A stretch of DNA of 64,000 nucleotides. It comes from an uncultured delta proteobacterium (lineage in GTDB: Bacteria; Myxococcota; Myxococcia; Myxococcales; Myxococcaceae). The stretch spans positions 192,001-256,000 of the forward strand of contig CAVYSY010000032.1 of NCBI GenBank assembly GCA_963771175.1, read 5' to 3'. How positions within the stretch are numbered: the stretch's first letter is position 1; each line of letters begins with the position of its first letter. Position numbers and translations under genes: made by a program. Of this stretch, positions 9,734 through 20,463 are shown piece by piece. The notes beneath the pieces were generated by a model. The model was not told where the DNA came from. It made no database searches and saw only the letters and a program-made list of their open reading frames with translations.

Positions 9734-10747
9734 CACGGGAACACCCTCAGGAAGGTGGCGCGCAGGAGCAGCTCCAGCGCGGCGAGCAGCGAAGGCCAGC
9801 AGCAGGAACGGGTGGAAGTCCTCGCGGTAGTTGGCGCGTCGCCCCGCCCTCCAGCAGCTTGCGCGCTCCAGCGAGTCCAGCACCTGCTGCAGGCCCTGCG
9901 CGAGCGACTCGCGGTCGGTGGCGCGGTAGTACTCGCCGCCGGTGGCGTCGGCGATCTCCTGCAGCAGCTCGGGGTTGATGGGGATCTCCAGTCTCGCGCC
10001 AGACGGTGTTGCCGAACAGGTCCTGCCCTGCGGGAAGGGCACCTTGCCGCCCTTGCCCACCAGGATGGTGTAGACGGGGATGTCCAGCGCCTTCGCCATC
10101 GCCGCCGCGTCGAGCGGCGAGATGCTGCCCGGCGTTGTTGTCGCCGTCGGTGATGAGCACCACCACGCGGCTCTTCGCCTCCGAGTCGCGCAGGCGGTTG
10201 AGCGCGGTGGCGAGCGCGTCGCCGATGGCGGTGCCGTCCTCGAGCACCCGGGTGCGGAGCTGCTGCACCACCTCCTCGAGCACCCCGTAGTCGAGCGTGA
10301 GCGGCGCCTGGGTGTAGGCCGCGCCGGCGAAGACCACCAGGCCGATGCGGTCGTTGACGCGGCTGGCGATGAAGTCGGCGAGCACCTCCTTGGCCACGTG
10401 GAGGCGGTTCTGCGGGCGGAAGTCGCGCGGCCTCCATGGAGGTGGAGAGGTCGAGCGCGATGACGATGTCGATGCCCTCGACGCTCAAGTCGCGCACGCG
10501 CGCGTCGCGCGTCTGGGGACGGGCGAGCGCGACGACGGCGGCGATCACCGCGAGGGCCCGCATGAAGGGCAGCATCGGCAGCAGGTACGTGCGCAGGCCG
10601 CGCCCCTGCCGGGCGAGCACGTGCGCCGCGGAGAAGCGCAGCACGGCCCGGGAACGCCGCTCCCGCCAGGCCCAGCCAGGAGGACCGGCACGAGCAGCAA
10701 TCCCCAGAGGACGTGGGGGTTATGGAAGTCGTGAGGTCCGGAAGCAT
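9733..10747 (-). CDS. batA: BatA VWA domain protein (many frameshifts)
   Basis: ALARPQ, EGIDIVIALDLSTSM, DRIGLVVFAGAAYTQAPLTLDY, GTAIGDAL, LITDGDNNAG, IADATGGEYYRA. Confidence 0.85.
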
Positions 10748-11734
10748 GGGACACGGGGACCGCCTCGGGGGGCGGCGGTGGGGGCCAGGTCTTGTCCAGC
10801 AGCTCGTAGCCGAACGCCAACGCCGCGCGGCACGAGTCCGGCGAGGACTCGGCGCGGGCGAACTTCACCAGGTCGGACTCGGAGACGAAGCGCAGCAGTC
10901 CGTCCTCCGGCAGGCCCGGGGTGGGCATGCGGCGGAGCTTCGCCATCAGCTCCGAGCTGGTGCACTCCAGGGCCTCGAAGCCGTAGCGCTCGCCCAGGTA
11001 GCCGCGGAGGATCTCCGAGAGCCGGAAGTAGAAGTCCTTCACGTTGCCCTGGGTCGGGCAGGTCCTCGGACTTGCAGGGCCTCCAGCGCCCGGCGGGTGC
11101 GCACGTCCAGGGGAGCGGGCGGCTCCACCAGCCGCGGCCGCGCGGCTCCGGTACTTCTGGAAGAGGCGCCACGCCACGTAGCCGAGCGCCGCGGCGACCA
11201 GCACTCCCGCCAGCGCCCAGAGGAGCCGTCAGGAGCGGACCGCCACCTCGGTCGGCGGCTGGATGTCCATGAGGTCCGCGCCCTTGGACTCGGCGTCATC
11301 GGCAGGGTGGAGCCCACCTCCAGCGTCTGTCCCGGGGCCACGAAGCGCTTGGGGCCCTCGGGCGTCGACACGACGAAGGGCACGGACGGCAGCGTCACCA
11401 TGCCCAGGTCGAAGGCGGACAGCTTCAGCCGGAAGACGGTGACGGCCGGCTCCATCCCCGCCTTCGGAGGCTCGCGCGACTGGGAGAGCAGCTCGAAGTC
11501 CCCCAGGTCCGGCGGCAGGTCCAGCTCGTAGCGCTGGTCCGCCGGGTGGGTGATGACCAGCTCGTAGGTGAAGGGCTCGCCCAGGAGCACCCGCTCGGGC
11601 AGCACGCGGCCCTGGAAGCCCGAGGGCTCCACCTCCGGCAGCTTCGCGTTGGCCGAAGCCGGGGGCGGAGCGGCCGGAGCCTGGGCCCAGGCCGGCGAGA
11701 CGAGCAGGAGCGCGACGAGAGTCAGCCACCTCAT
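10720..11734 (-). CDS. DUF4381-like membrane protein of the bat operon (frameshifted)
   Basis: Signal peptide, Ig-like region, TM segment, then FYFRLSEILRGYLGERYGFEALECTSSE...SDLVKFA. Lies between DUF58 and batA. Confidence 0.7.
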
Positions 11735-12618
11735 GCCGCCATCCTCCGGGCGCGGGCACGGAAGAAGCGCACCAGCGCCATGCCGTGGTCATCGCCGGCG
11801 CTCAGCTCCACGTGGTCCAGCTCCAGCTTCTTGAAGAGCTTGCGCCGCGCCTCGCGCGCGGCCTGCATGGCGCGAGCGAAGCGGCCGCGGACGAGCGGGT
11901 CGCTGGTGTCCACCACGAAGCGCTCGCCCGTCTCCGGGTCCTCCAGCTCCACCAGGCCCAGGCGGGGGAACTCCTCCTCCAAGGGGTCCTCGATGACCAC
12001 CGGCACCAGGTCGTGCTTGCGGCCCACGAGGCGCAGCGGCTGCTCGTAGTCCTGGGCGAGGAAGTCGCGAGATCAGGAAGGTCACCGTCTTCCGGCGCGC
12101 CACGCTGGCGCAGGTAGGTGAGCGCCCGCGCCGAGGTCGGTCCCCTGCCCCTGCGGGCTGGAAGGTGAGGATGTCGCTGATCAGCCGCATCACGTGCTTG
12201 CGGCCCTTGCGCGGCGGCACGACCTTCTCGACCCGGTCGGTGAAGAGGATGAGCCCCACCCGGTCGTTGTTGGCGATGGCGCAGAAGGCGAGCAGCGCGG
12301 CCACCTCGGCGGCGATCTCGGCCTTGGTGCGCTCGCGCGAGCCGAAGCTCCTCCGAGGCCGAGACGTCCACCAGCAGCATCACCGTGAGCTCGCGCTCCT
12401 CGGTGAAGACCTTGACGTAGGGCTCGCTCATGCGCGCGGTGACGTTCCAGTCGATGGTGCGGACCTCGTCGCCGGGCTGGTACTGGCGCACCTCGGAGAA
12501 GGCCATGCCCCGGCCCTTGAAGACCGAGTGGTACTGGCCCGCCGAGCGTGTCGTCGACACCACCGGCGGGTGGTGATCTCGAGCTTGCGGATGCGCCGGA
12601 TGAGTCCTTGGCGAGCAT
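11731..12618 (-). CDS. DUF58 domain protein (frameshifted)
   Basis: GQYHSVFKGRGMAFSEVRQYQPGDEVRTIDWNVTAR...VFTEERELTVMLLVDVSAS; NNDRVGL. Confidence 0.9.
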
Positions 12619-12647
12619 CGGCGCGCTGCTCGCTCCTGGCCGGTGCG

Positions 12648-13658
<1,011 letters not shown>

Positions 13659-13777
13659 GTCCTCGTACCGTCCCTGGGGAGGCGGGCAGCCTAGGGTGAT
13701 GTAGGTACGCCGCTCAACAGCCCATCACGCCGGACATTCCGATAACTTCGGGGGCCCAACCCCCCGGAGACCCCGAA

Positions 13778-14380
13778 ATGGCCGACAGGAGCATCCAAAA
13801 CCACATCGACGCGATGAAAGCCAACCTTCCCGCGAAGACGGGTCGCACCTTCGAGCAGTGGGTGGCCCTGGCCCGGAAGCAGGGCCCCGGGGAGGTGAAG
13901 GGGCTGGTGGCCTGGCTGAAGGAGGAGCACGGGCTGGGGACGGTGACGGCGACGCTGATCGCCCACCACGTCCATGGGGGCCACATGGTCGGATATGAGG
14001 ACCCGGAGGCCCTCCTGGACGGCAACTTCGCGGGCGAGAAGGCCGCCCTGCGCCCGGTGTACGACGCCCTGCTCAAGGCCGCCCAGAAGGCGAGCAAGGA
14101 GATCACGGTCCACCCCTGCAAGACGTACATCACCCTCAAGCGGGGGACCCAGTTCGGCATCGTGAAGGTGGCGAAGAACCGGCTCGACCTGGGCCTCATG
14201 CTGCCGGGCTTCGAGCCGGCGGGCCGGCTGGAGAAGGCGCGGAACCTGGGGAACGACCGCGTCACCCACAAGGTGGCGCTCACGGCGAAGAAGGACGTGG
14301 ACGCCGAGGTGGTGGGCTGGCTGGCTCAGGCCAGCGAGCTGAAGGTGAAGCCCAAGGCAAAGGCCAAGGCGGCCCGGTGA
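13778..14380 (+). CDS. DUF4287 + DUF5655 domain protein
   Basis: N-terminal NLPAKTGRTFEQW...WLKEEHGLG (DUF4287). C-terminal PCKTYITL...QFG...RVTHKV...DVDAEVVGWL (DUF5655). Confidence 0.75.
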   Translation: MADRSIQNHIDAMKANLPAKTGRTFEQWVALARKQGPGEVKGLVAWLKEEHGLGTVTATLIAHHVHGGHMVGYEDPEALLDGNFAGEKAALRPVYDALLKAAQKASKEITVHPCKTYITLKRGTQFGIVKVAKNRLDLGLMLPGFEPAGRLEKARNLGNDRVTHKVALTAKKDVDAEVVGWLAQASELKVKPKAKAKAAR

Positions 14381-15270
14381 CCTCCCGCGAGCCGGGGCCG
14401 ATGGAGGCGGAGCTGCTGGGGGAGCTGGCTCCGGTGGTGGTGCCCCGGGTGTACCGGCTGCGGAGTGGCGGGGTGCTGCGGGTGCTCGAAGGTGGAGAGG
14501 GCCCTCCGGTGGTCCTCCTCCACGGGCGAGGGAACGCGGCGACGCTGTGGTTTCCTCTCCTCTTGGAGCTGACCCGGGAACACCGGGTGCTGGCGGTGGA
14601 CCTGCCGGGCTTCGGGTGTTCCTCGGGGCCCCAAGGACCGCTCCGGACGGCCGAGGACGGACTGCGCTTCTTCGTCGAGCCGGTGGAGGAGGTGCTGTCC
14701 ACGCTGACCCCGGGGCCGATGACGCTGGTGGGGCACTCGCTGGGCGGACTGGTGTCGCTGGAGCTGGCGCTGCGGGGCCGAGTACCCGTGGAGCGGCTGG
14801 TGCTGGTGGACGCGATGGGGCTGGGCCCGGAGATGGCGCGGGATGCCCGCCTCTTCTTCCGCGTGGGCCCGGAGCGGGTGGCGCGCACGCTGGGGCCGAA
14901 GCTCTTCGGACGCATCTCGCCGCTGCCGGACACACCGCTGAACCGGCGGCTGATGGCGCTGGGCTACGAGCTGCTGACGGTGCCCGGGGGCAGACCCGAG
15001 GCCACGCGGGCCTTCAACACGCTGGTGCCGCTCACGGGCGAAGTGTTCCACCGCTTCGAGCGACTGGGCGAGGTGAAGCAGCCCACCCTCCTCTTCTGGG
15101 GCGAGCACGACACGGTGCTGCCCGTGTCACTCGCCGAGGCAGCGGTGAACGCAATGACAGACGCACGGCTCGCGCGCGTGCCGGCTGGGCACAGTCCACA
15201 CTTGGAGCAACCGGAGCGTGCCCTCACGGAGCTGAAAGCTTTGTATGTCGATGTGCGCCTTCAGTGGTAG
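14377..15270 (+). CDS. Alpha/beta fold hydrolase
   Basis: LLHG, DLPGFG, GHSLGG, WGEHD, GHSPHLEQP. Confidence 0.9.
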   Translation: MTSREPGPMEAELLGELAPVVVPRVYRLRSGGVLRVLEGGEGPPVVLLHGRGNAATLWFPLLLELTREHRVLAVDLPGFGCSSGPQGPLRTAEDGLRFFVEPVEEVLSTLTPGPMTLVGHSLGGLVSLELALRGRVPVERLVLVDAMGLGPEMARDARLFFRVGPERVARTLGPKLFGRISPLPDTPLNRRLMALGYELLTVPGGRPEATRAFNTLVPLTGEVFHRFERLGEVKQPTLLFWGEHDTVLPVSLAEAAVNAMTDARLARVPAGHSPHLEQPERALTELKALYVDVRLQW

Positions 15271-15281
15271 ACGTCTACCAC
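15264..15281. promoter_or_regulatory. Perfect 18-bp palindrome GTGGTAGACGTCTACCAC; possible operator
   Basis: Exact dyad with no spacer, about 120 bp upstream of the 15403 start. Function is inferred only. Confidence 0.35.
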
Positions 15282-15402
15282 CGAGCCGACCGGCACGCCG
15301 AAAAGCCGCTCGACGTCAACGAGCCCCCCGTCGCGATGGAGCAGAAAAACACCGACTGAACCGCGATAGGGTCGCGCCAGACAACGGCACTGGAGCACCT
15401 TC

Positions 15403-15834
15403 ATGCAGATCACGACCTGGTTCATCGCGAGAGAAGACGAGGCGGAGGCGCTCGAGTCGATCCTCACGACCGAGGAGCACTCCCCGGAAGACTGGCCGAA
15501 CATCGAGCTCCCGCTCATCGAGATGGAGCTGATGGCGCTCTCCGCCGCGATCCAGGGCACGGAGGACATCACGTCCGAGCGCACCTTGGAGGATCCGCTC
15601 ATCTTCCGGGAGGAAGACGGTCTGCTCATCGCGCGCGTGGTGGAGTCCTTCATCCAGGCGCTGGCCCGTGTACCGGACGGGAACGTGCCCGGCCTCGCTG
15701 ACGCCTGGGCGGAACGAATCGACCAGGAGAACCACGAGCCGGAGGAGCTGCGAGAAATCCTCTCGGACCTGGTGAAGTTCGCGCGGGAGGCGGTGGCACG
15801 CAATAGCCCGGTGCTGTCACTCGCGACGTTCTGA
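15403..15834 (+). CDS. Acidic hypothetical protein
   Basis: 143-aa ORF with GGAG RBS and host-like codon usage. Confidence 0.75.
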   Translation: MQITTWFIAREDEAEALESILTTEEHSPEDWPNIELPLIEMELMALSAAIQGTEDITSERTLEDPLIFREEDGLLIARVVESFIQALARVPDGNVPGLADAWAERIDQENHEPEELREILSDLVKFAREAVARNSPVLSLATF

Positions 15835-15835
15835 T
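15805..15835 (+). repeat. Direct repeat, left copy (attL-like)
   Basis: agcccggtgctgtcActcgcgacgttctgat; 30/31 identical to 19057..19087. Confidence 0.9.
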
Positions 15836-16258
15836 TAGAAGCCATAGGGCTGACGAGCCATCACCCGCCCCTCGGGAGACACAGCAAAGACCTCCCACCA
15901 GTCAAGCATCCGGAAGCGCTTGCCCCCACAGCGCTCAAATCGTTGAGCGATGTTGACATAGTAATGGCCTTTCCATGCATACACCGTCGCGCCCAACCCC
16001 GCGGCAGGTGTAGGGACAGCCCTCGAAGAGACCTTGATCTGACCAGAGACGAGCCGTCTCCCGGATCGCCGCTGCTGCAGCCAGCGCGGCCTCTCCGTTG
16101 ATCTCTCCGTTGACCTCGCTCGCGACAGGCTGAAGCTTCGCCAGTTCTTCGGGCGTTGGCCACTGCACCGCTGGCTCTCTGATGCCAAGAAATGGGGCAA
16201 GCACAGCGCACCCGGTAGAGCCCATGGCCACCGCCAGAATCGCGCATGTGAGACGCAT
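15835..16258 (-). CDS. Small myxobacterial lipoprotein (frameshift at about 16015)
   Basis: AAGGAG RBS; MRLTCAILAVAMGSTGC lipoprotein signal. The frames join as LFEGCP / TPAAGLGATVYAWKGHYYVNI...MARQPYGF*. Confidence 0.6.
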
Positions 16259-16382
16259 GACCTGCTCCTTGTGTCCGTGGCGCACGACTCCCAGCCGAGA
16301 AGATCATGAGAGCGTGACACTCCGCGGGCGGTAGGGTTCCTGCCCACCATCCCACAGTCTCGTCCCATCTCGAGGGGAATCC

Positions 16383-16674
16383 ATGAAAGAGGCAGAGGCG
16401 CAAAGCCAGGGGCAGAAGCTCCTCACGGCCGTCGAACGCATCATCTCGGACACGGACAGCCTGATTGAGCTGGCCCAGCAGCACCTGAAACAGGCACAGA
16501 AAAAGAAGCTCACCAGCGAGAGACGGCCTGCTGGCGATGCTCCTCACGATGAACCAGAGCCACCCCTTCATCGCCTGGAGGATGATGAACCTGCTGGAGT
16601 GGGTGGAGCACGGCAACTACCTGGACATCATGGCCGGCCAGTACGAACGCGCCAAGAAGCCCATCGCGGCCTGA
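16383..16674 (+). pseudogene. Deletion-scar chimera: 5' stub of one gene joined to the 3' stub of an M48-family peptidase
   Basis: A 47-codon stub (MKEAEAQ...KKLTSE) is followed in another frame by LLAMLLTMNQSHPFIAWRMMNLLEWVEHGNYLDIMAGQY...*, resembling the M48 C-terminal (T/S)HP...R motif. Confidence 0.45.
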
Positions 16675-16746
16675 AGAGCAGTCGATAGATCATTCGCCAG
16701 TGCCGAGCGGACTCAGTTCAGGCCGCGTCGCTTCCGGAGGTGCGCC

Positions 16747-18347
16747 GTGTCCACCCATCATCCTGGCGCTCGCCCTACGGGCGCGCGGCTGGGCCCCTGC
16801 TTCGGAGCCTGGACCCTCATCGTCCTCTTCCAGTTCGCGTGTGCCACGGGCACCCCACGGGGCAGCTTCGTGGCCTACCGCAACAACTCGCTCACGCCCC
16901 CACCAGCACCGAAGGAGCGTGTGGCCGCCACGGCGGAGCCCGGCCTTGAGTCCGCCACCGTGTACGTCGTGGACTTCCTGGAGCCCAGTACCGTCGCCAC
17001 CCGGCCGGTGGCCATTCCCAGGGCCGAGTTCCAGCAGGCCTTCCTGCGCCTCTCCCGCGACGTGCGGCTGGGCGCGAAGGCTCCACGAGAGGCCGCCCAC
17101 GAATTGCTGAGCCTCTTGCCGCCACCAGAAGGCGTCGAGACGGTCGCGGCAACGGGCTACTGGAAGCTGGAGACGTACGCTGGCCAGGGCTACACCTGGA
17201 TACCCGAGCGCCAAGTGGGCCCTGTTGTACTCACCCCACAGGCCGAACAAGCCCTCAAGGAGAAGTACCTGAAGTGGTGTGAGCACCGAGGCGGCGGTGA
17301 CTGCCTGGGCCTGTTGGACGATGACACCTACCTGCGCACGGACGACCGACGCACACTGGCCCTGGCCCTCGCCTTCGGTAACGTCCTCGACGAGACGCGT
17401 GCGGCCCTGGGACGCGAGCTGCTGGACGTGCGGGTGCTCGTCTCCATGGTCGTCTGGACGGTGGCCCTCTACTGCATGATGTGGCTAGTGCCCGAGCCGA
17501 CGACCAAGGTGGTGGCCGCCAGCCTGACCCTCCTCCTGATGGGCTACCTGGGCCTCCAGACGGTGTACGGGCTGATGGACGGCTGGGCCCGCATGGCCGA
17601 CACGGCGCACCACGCCACCACTTTCGAGGAGCTGCGCGCGGCCGGCGAGGAATTCGGGAAGGTGCTGGGCGAGGACGCGGCACGGGCCATGATTCTCGCG
17701 GTGGCCACCCTCAGCGGACACACGCTCGGGCAGGAGGCCGGGGAAGTCGCTCCGGCAACCTCGCGGGGAGGAGCGCAGGGCGGCGCCGCCGTCAGGGCGA
17801 GTTGAGGGCGGAGACGGCGCGGCCGAGCAGTGGCGGCGGGGACGGTGGCCACCTCTCAGGGCCCATGGCGTGCTCAAGGGCGGCGGGAGGAGTCCGCTCC
17901 ACCGAAACAGTCATTCGTCACCGGGGTGGCAACCGGCAAGTGGAGCTCAGCGACGGCCAACGCTGGCACCTGCCACGCGGCAAGTCGGCCGCGGATATTC
18001 CCGCCGAGGACAAGATAGGGGACATGCTCCAGGAGGCCGTCACCCGGGCCGCGAAGGAGTGGGGGCCCGAAAGGCTCTCTGGCGCCGAAAAGCAGGCTAT
18101 CGGCGAGGCCCAGAAGAAGGGCGAATACTGGCTAGCGCGCCTGCTGGAGCGAGAGGCCCGGGGGCGCTTCGTCGAGAACAAGGTACGCGACCAGTTCCAA
18201 CACCTCTACAATTTCAGCCGGAACAAGGGAGTCGATGTGGAAGTCCCTGGAGGCTACAAGTACGAGATTCTCTCCGGCACGGACTCGAATCTGGCGCGGC
18301 ATGGCAGACGCATGGCGGGCGAGTTCTTCCGGATGCTCACCTTCTGA
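16747..18347 (+). CDS. SitA5-like polymorphic lipoprotein toxin with putative restriction-endonuclease-fold C-terminus (disrupted at about 17730-17890)
   Basis: Lipobox FAC; YLKWC...GGDCLGLLDD, DDRRTLALALAFG, WLVPEPTTK, TTFEELRAAGEEFGKVLG. C-terminal RGRFVE...GVD...YEILSG in the frame ending at 18347. Confidence 0.75.
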
Positions 18348-18358
18348 GAGGGCGGCGG

Positions 18359-18988
18359 ATGCTCTACAACAAGGTCTTCTACCAGGGCCGGGAAATTGAA
18401 AACGAGCGGCTGGAGCTGACCGACAAGGGCTCGCTCTACTTCCTTGGCTCCGGTCTGACGCTGCGCAACTGCACCGTGGTCCTAAAGGTCTCCGGCAGGA
18501 ACCTGTTCCTGACCGGATCTCGATTCATCGACTGTACCTTCGAGGTGAAGCAGGAGTTGAAGAACCATCAGGCCTGGGTGGCCGCGTCTCTGAAGGGCTG
18601 CCGGTTCAAGGGGCGACTGACTGGGTGCGATTTCGGGCACTGGCCCGAGTACAGTAGCCTGCCGGGGTATCAGTTCGGTTCCATCGAGGACTGCGACTTC
18701 TCCGAGGCCCGACTGCACGCCTGCCGCATCATGGGCTCTGACCCCGCCACCATTCGCTTCCCCAAGTGGCCCTGCTTCACCATCCTGGACCCCATCGGGC
18801 GAGCCCCCGAGCTGCGCAGCATCAAGTGGCCGGGCCTGGTCGGCGACGTCATCGTGGATGATCTCCACACCCATCCGTCTCGAACCAAGGCCCTGACCTA
18901 CTACGCACCCATCTTGGCTGAACGGCTTGAGACCACACCCGAAGAGCTCCGGGCCGTCATCGAGAGGTTCGACTGCATCGTCTACTGA
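18359..18988 (+). CDS. Putative cognate immunity protein (SitI-like; pentapeptide-like repeats)
   Basis: Starts 11 bp after the toxin stop. LRNCT, FIDCT, LKGCR, LTGCD, IEDCD repeats. Confidence 0.65.
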   Translation: MLYNKVFYQGREIENERLELTDKGSLYFLGSGLTLRNCTVVLKVSGRNLFLTGSRFIDCTFEVKQELKNHQAWVAASLKGCRFKGRLTGCDFGHWPEYSSLPGYQFGSIEDCDFSEARLHACRIMGSDPATIRFPKWPCFTILDPIGRAPELRSIKWPGLVGDVIVDDLHTHPSRTKALTYYAPILAERLETTPEELRAVIERFDCIVY

Positions 18989-19056
18989 CGGGGCTGTGCC
19001 AAGGTCGCGCGGCACCTTGAGGAGAGCCGCCCGACGCAGCGACAACCGCCAAAGTA

Positions 19057-19087
19057 AGCCCGGTGCTGTCGCTCGCGACGTTCTGAT
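19057..19087 (+). repeat. Direct repeat, right copy (attR-like)
   Basis: agcccggtgctgtcGctcgcgacgttctgat; intergenic copy of the host gene's 3' end. Confidence 0.9.
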
Positions 19088-19158
19088 GTGACATTGCGTC
19101 AGGCCTCCGCGCCAGTAACGTCCATGGGCAACCTGTTCCCCCTCACCCGGAGGCGCCC

Positions 19159-20463
19159 ATGACCCGCGGAACCAAGACTCCTGAGCCGGACACGACTGAG
19201 GGAATAGCCCGTCCCCGGGGTTATGAGCAGGTGGACAAGCTGTCCGTTCCCCTGCCCCATGGCACCGAGGTGACCACCCGCGTGGAGCGCGTGGCCGGTG
19301 ACCGGCGCGTCCCCCAGGGCGTGGTGGGCCGCGTGGTACGTGCTCGCGGCGGTGGCTTCGACGTCCAGGTCGTCGGCGTGGGCGAGCTCTGGTACGCCCG
19401 CGACGAGCTGGTGCCTCGCAAGCCGGGCCAGCTCCAGTTCGCGCTCCGGCGCGCCGCCACCTGGGACGCCCTGCGCCCCTGCGTCGTGGTGGAGACCGTG
19501 GTGGGCTCGCAGGCCTGGGGGCTCGCCAACGAGGCCTCCGACGTCGACCTGCGCGGCGTCTTCGGCCTGCCCCTCCCCTGGCACTTCGGCCTCGCCGACA
19601 AGCCCAAGGACCTCGTCAGCGCCGACGGCAGCCACACCTACTGGGAGCTCTCCAAGGCCGTGGAGCAGGCCCTCCGGGCCGACCCCAACACCCTCGAGAT
19701 GCTCTTCGTCCCCAGCGCCCGCGCCTCGGACCCGCTGGGCGAGTGGTTGCTCGCCGAACGCGACGCCTTCGTCTCCAAGGCCATCTTCGGCAGCTTCGGC
19801 CGGTACGCCATGAGCCAGCTCGACAAGCTCACCCGCAGCCAGCGGCTCGCCGAGCACCGCGACCTGGTGCTCGAGTGGCTGTGCGAGGAGCCCGCCCCGA
19901 GTCTCGACGAGGTGGCCCGGCGGCTCGCGGCCATCTCGCCGCGCTCCGCCCCCACTCCCGAGGACGCGCTGCTCGCGGCCAAGACGTACCTCAAGCAGCT
20001 CTACCGCTCGCTCTGGGACCAGGGCCTCATCGAGGCCAACGACTTCGCCGCCCTCACCCGCTATGCGCGCGGCGGCGGCCAGCGGCCCCCCAGCGCTCGC
20101 GAGCTGCGGCCGAAGAACGCCTACAACCTGTTGCGCCTCGTGGTGCTCGCCACGGGGTGGCTGCGGGACGGCGTGCCCACCTTCGAGGTCTCCGGCCACC
20201 ACCGCGAGCGCATGCTGGACATCAAGGCGGGCCGTGTCCCGCTCGAGGAGGTGCTGCGGGACGCGGAGGCCCTGGCACCGGAACTGGAAGAGGCCCACCG
20301 CACCAGCCGGCTCCCGGCGCTCCCCGACTACGGGCGCGCGGACCGGCTGCTGCGCCGCGTGGGCGAGGAACTGGCTCGGCGCTGGGTGATGCAGGAGCCC
20401 GGGCCACTCGGTCGCGACGCTCCCGCGCCGCCGGCCGTCGAATGGAAGGAAGAAGAGTCATGA
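19159..20463 (+). CDS. RlaP/YcgL-family (Pol-beta superfamily) nucleotidyltransferase with extra N-terminal beta-rich domain
   Basis: VVGSQAWGLANEASDVDLRGVF, ADPNTLEMLF, KNAYNLLRL, MLDIKAG, SRLPALPD. Confidence 0.85.
   Translation: MTRGTKTPEPDTTEGIARPRGYEQVDKLSVPLPHGTEVTTRVERVAGDRRVPQGVVGRVVRARGGGFDVQVVGVGELWYARDELVPRKPGQLQFALRRAATWDALRPCVVVETVVGSQAWGLANEASDVDLRGVFGLPLPWHFGLADKPKDLVSADGSHTYWELSKAVEQALRADPNTLEMLFVPSARASDPLGEWLLAERDAFVSKAIFGSFGRYAMSQLDKLTRSQRLAEHRDLVLEWLCEEPAPSLDEVARRLAAISPRSAPTPEDALLAAKTYLKQLYRSLWDQGLIEANDFAALTRYARGGGQRPPSARELRPKNAYNLLRLVVLATGWLRDGVPTFEVSGHHRERMLDIKAGRVPLEEVLRDAEALAPELEEAHRTSRLPALPDYGRADRLLRRVGEELARRWVMQEPGPLGRDAPAPPAVEWKEEES

Larger units (their letters stand above)
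15805..19087. mobile_element. About 3.3-kb toxin-immunity islet flanked by 31-bp direct repeats; no integrase
   Basis: The flanking repeat equals the 3' end of the 15403..15834 gene. Cargo is visibly more AT-rich and includes a SitA5-like toxin with its partner. Confidence 0.65.

Noticed and set aside
16090..16114. Short tandem duplication ctctccgttga in the islet lipoprotein
   Set aside because: Two in-frame copies only (NGEI/NGEA); no evidence of function.
19087..19102. TGTGA half-site resembling a CRP box upstream of the nucleotidyltransferases
   Set aside because: The second half-site does not match at N6 spacing. Only a 4-bp TGAC-N5-GTCA dyad remains, which is too weak.
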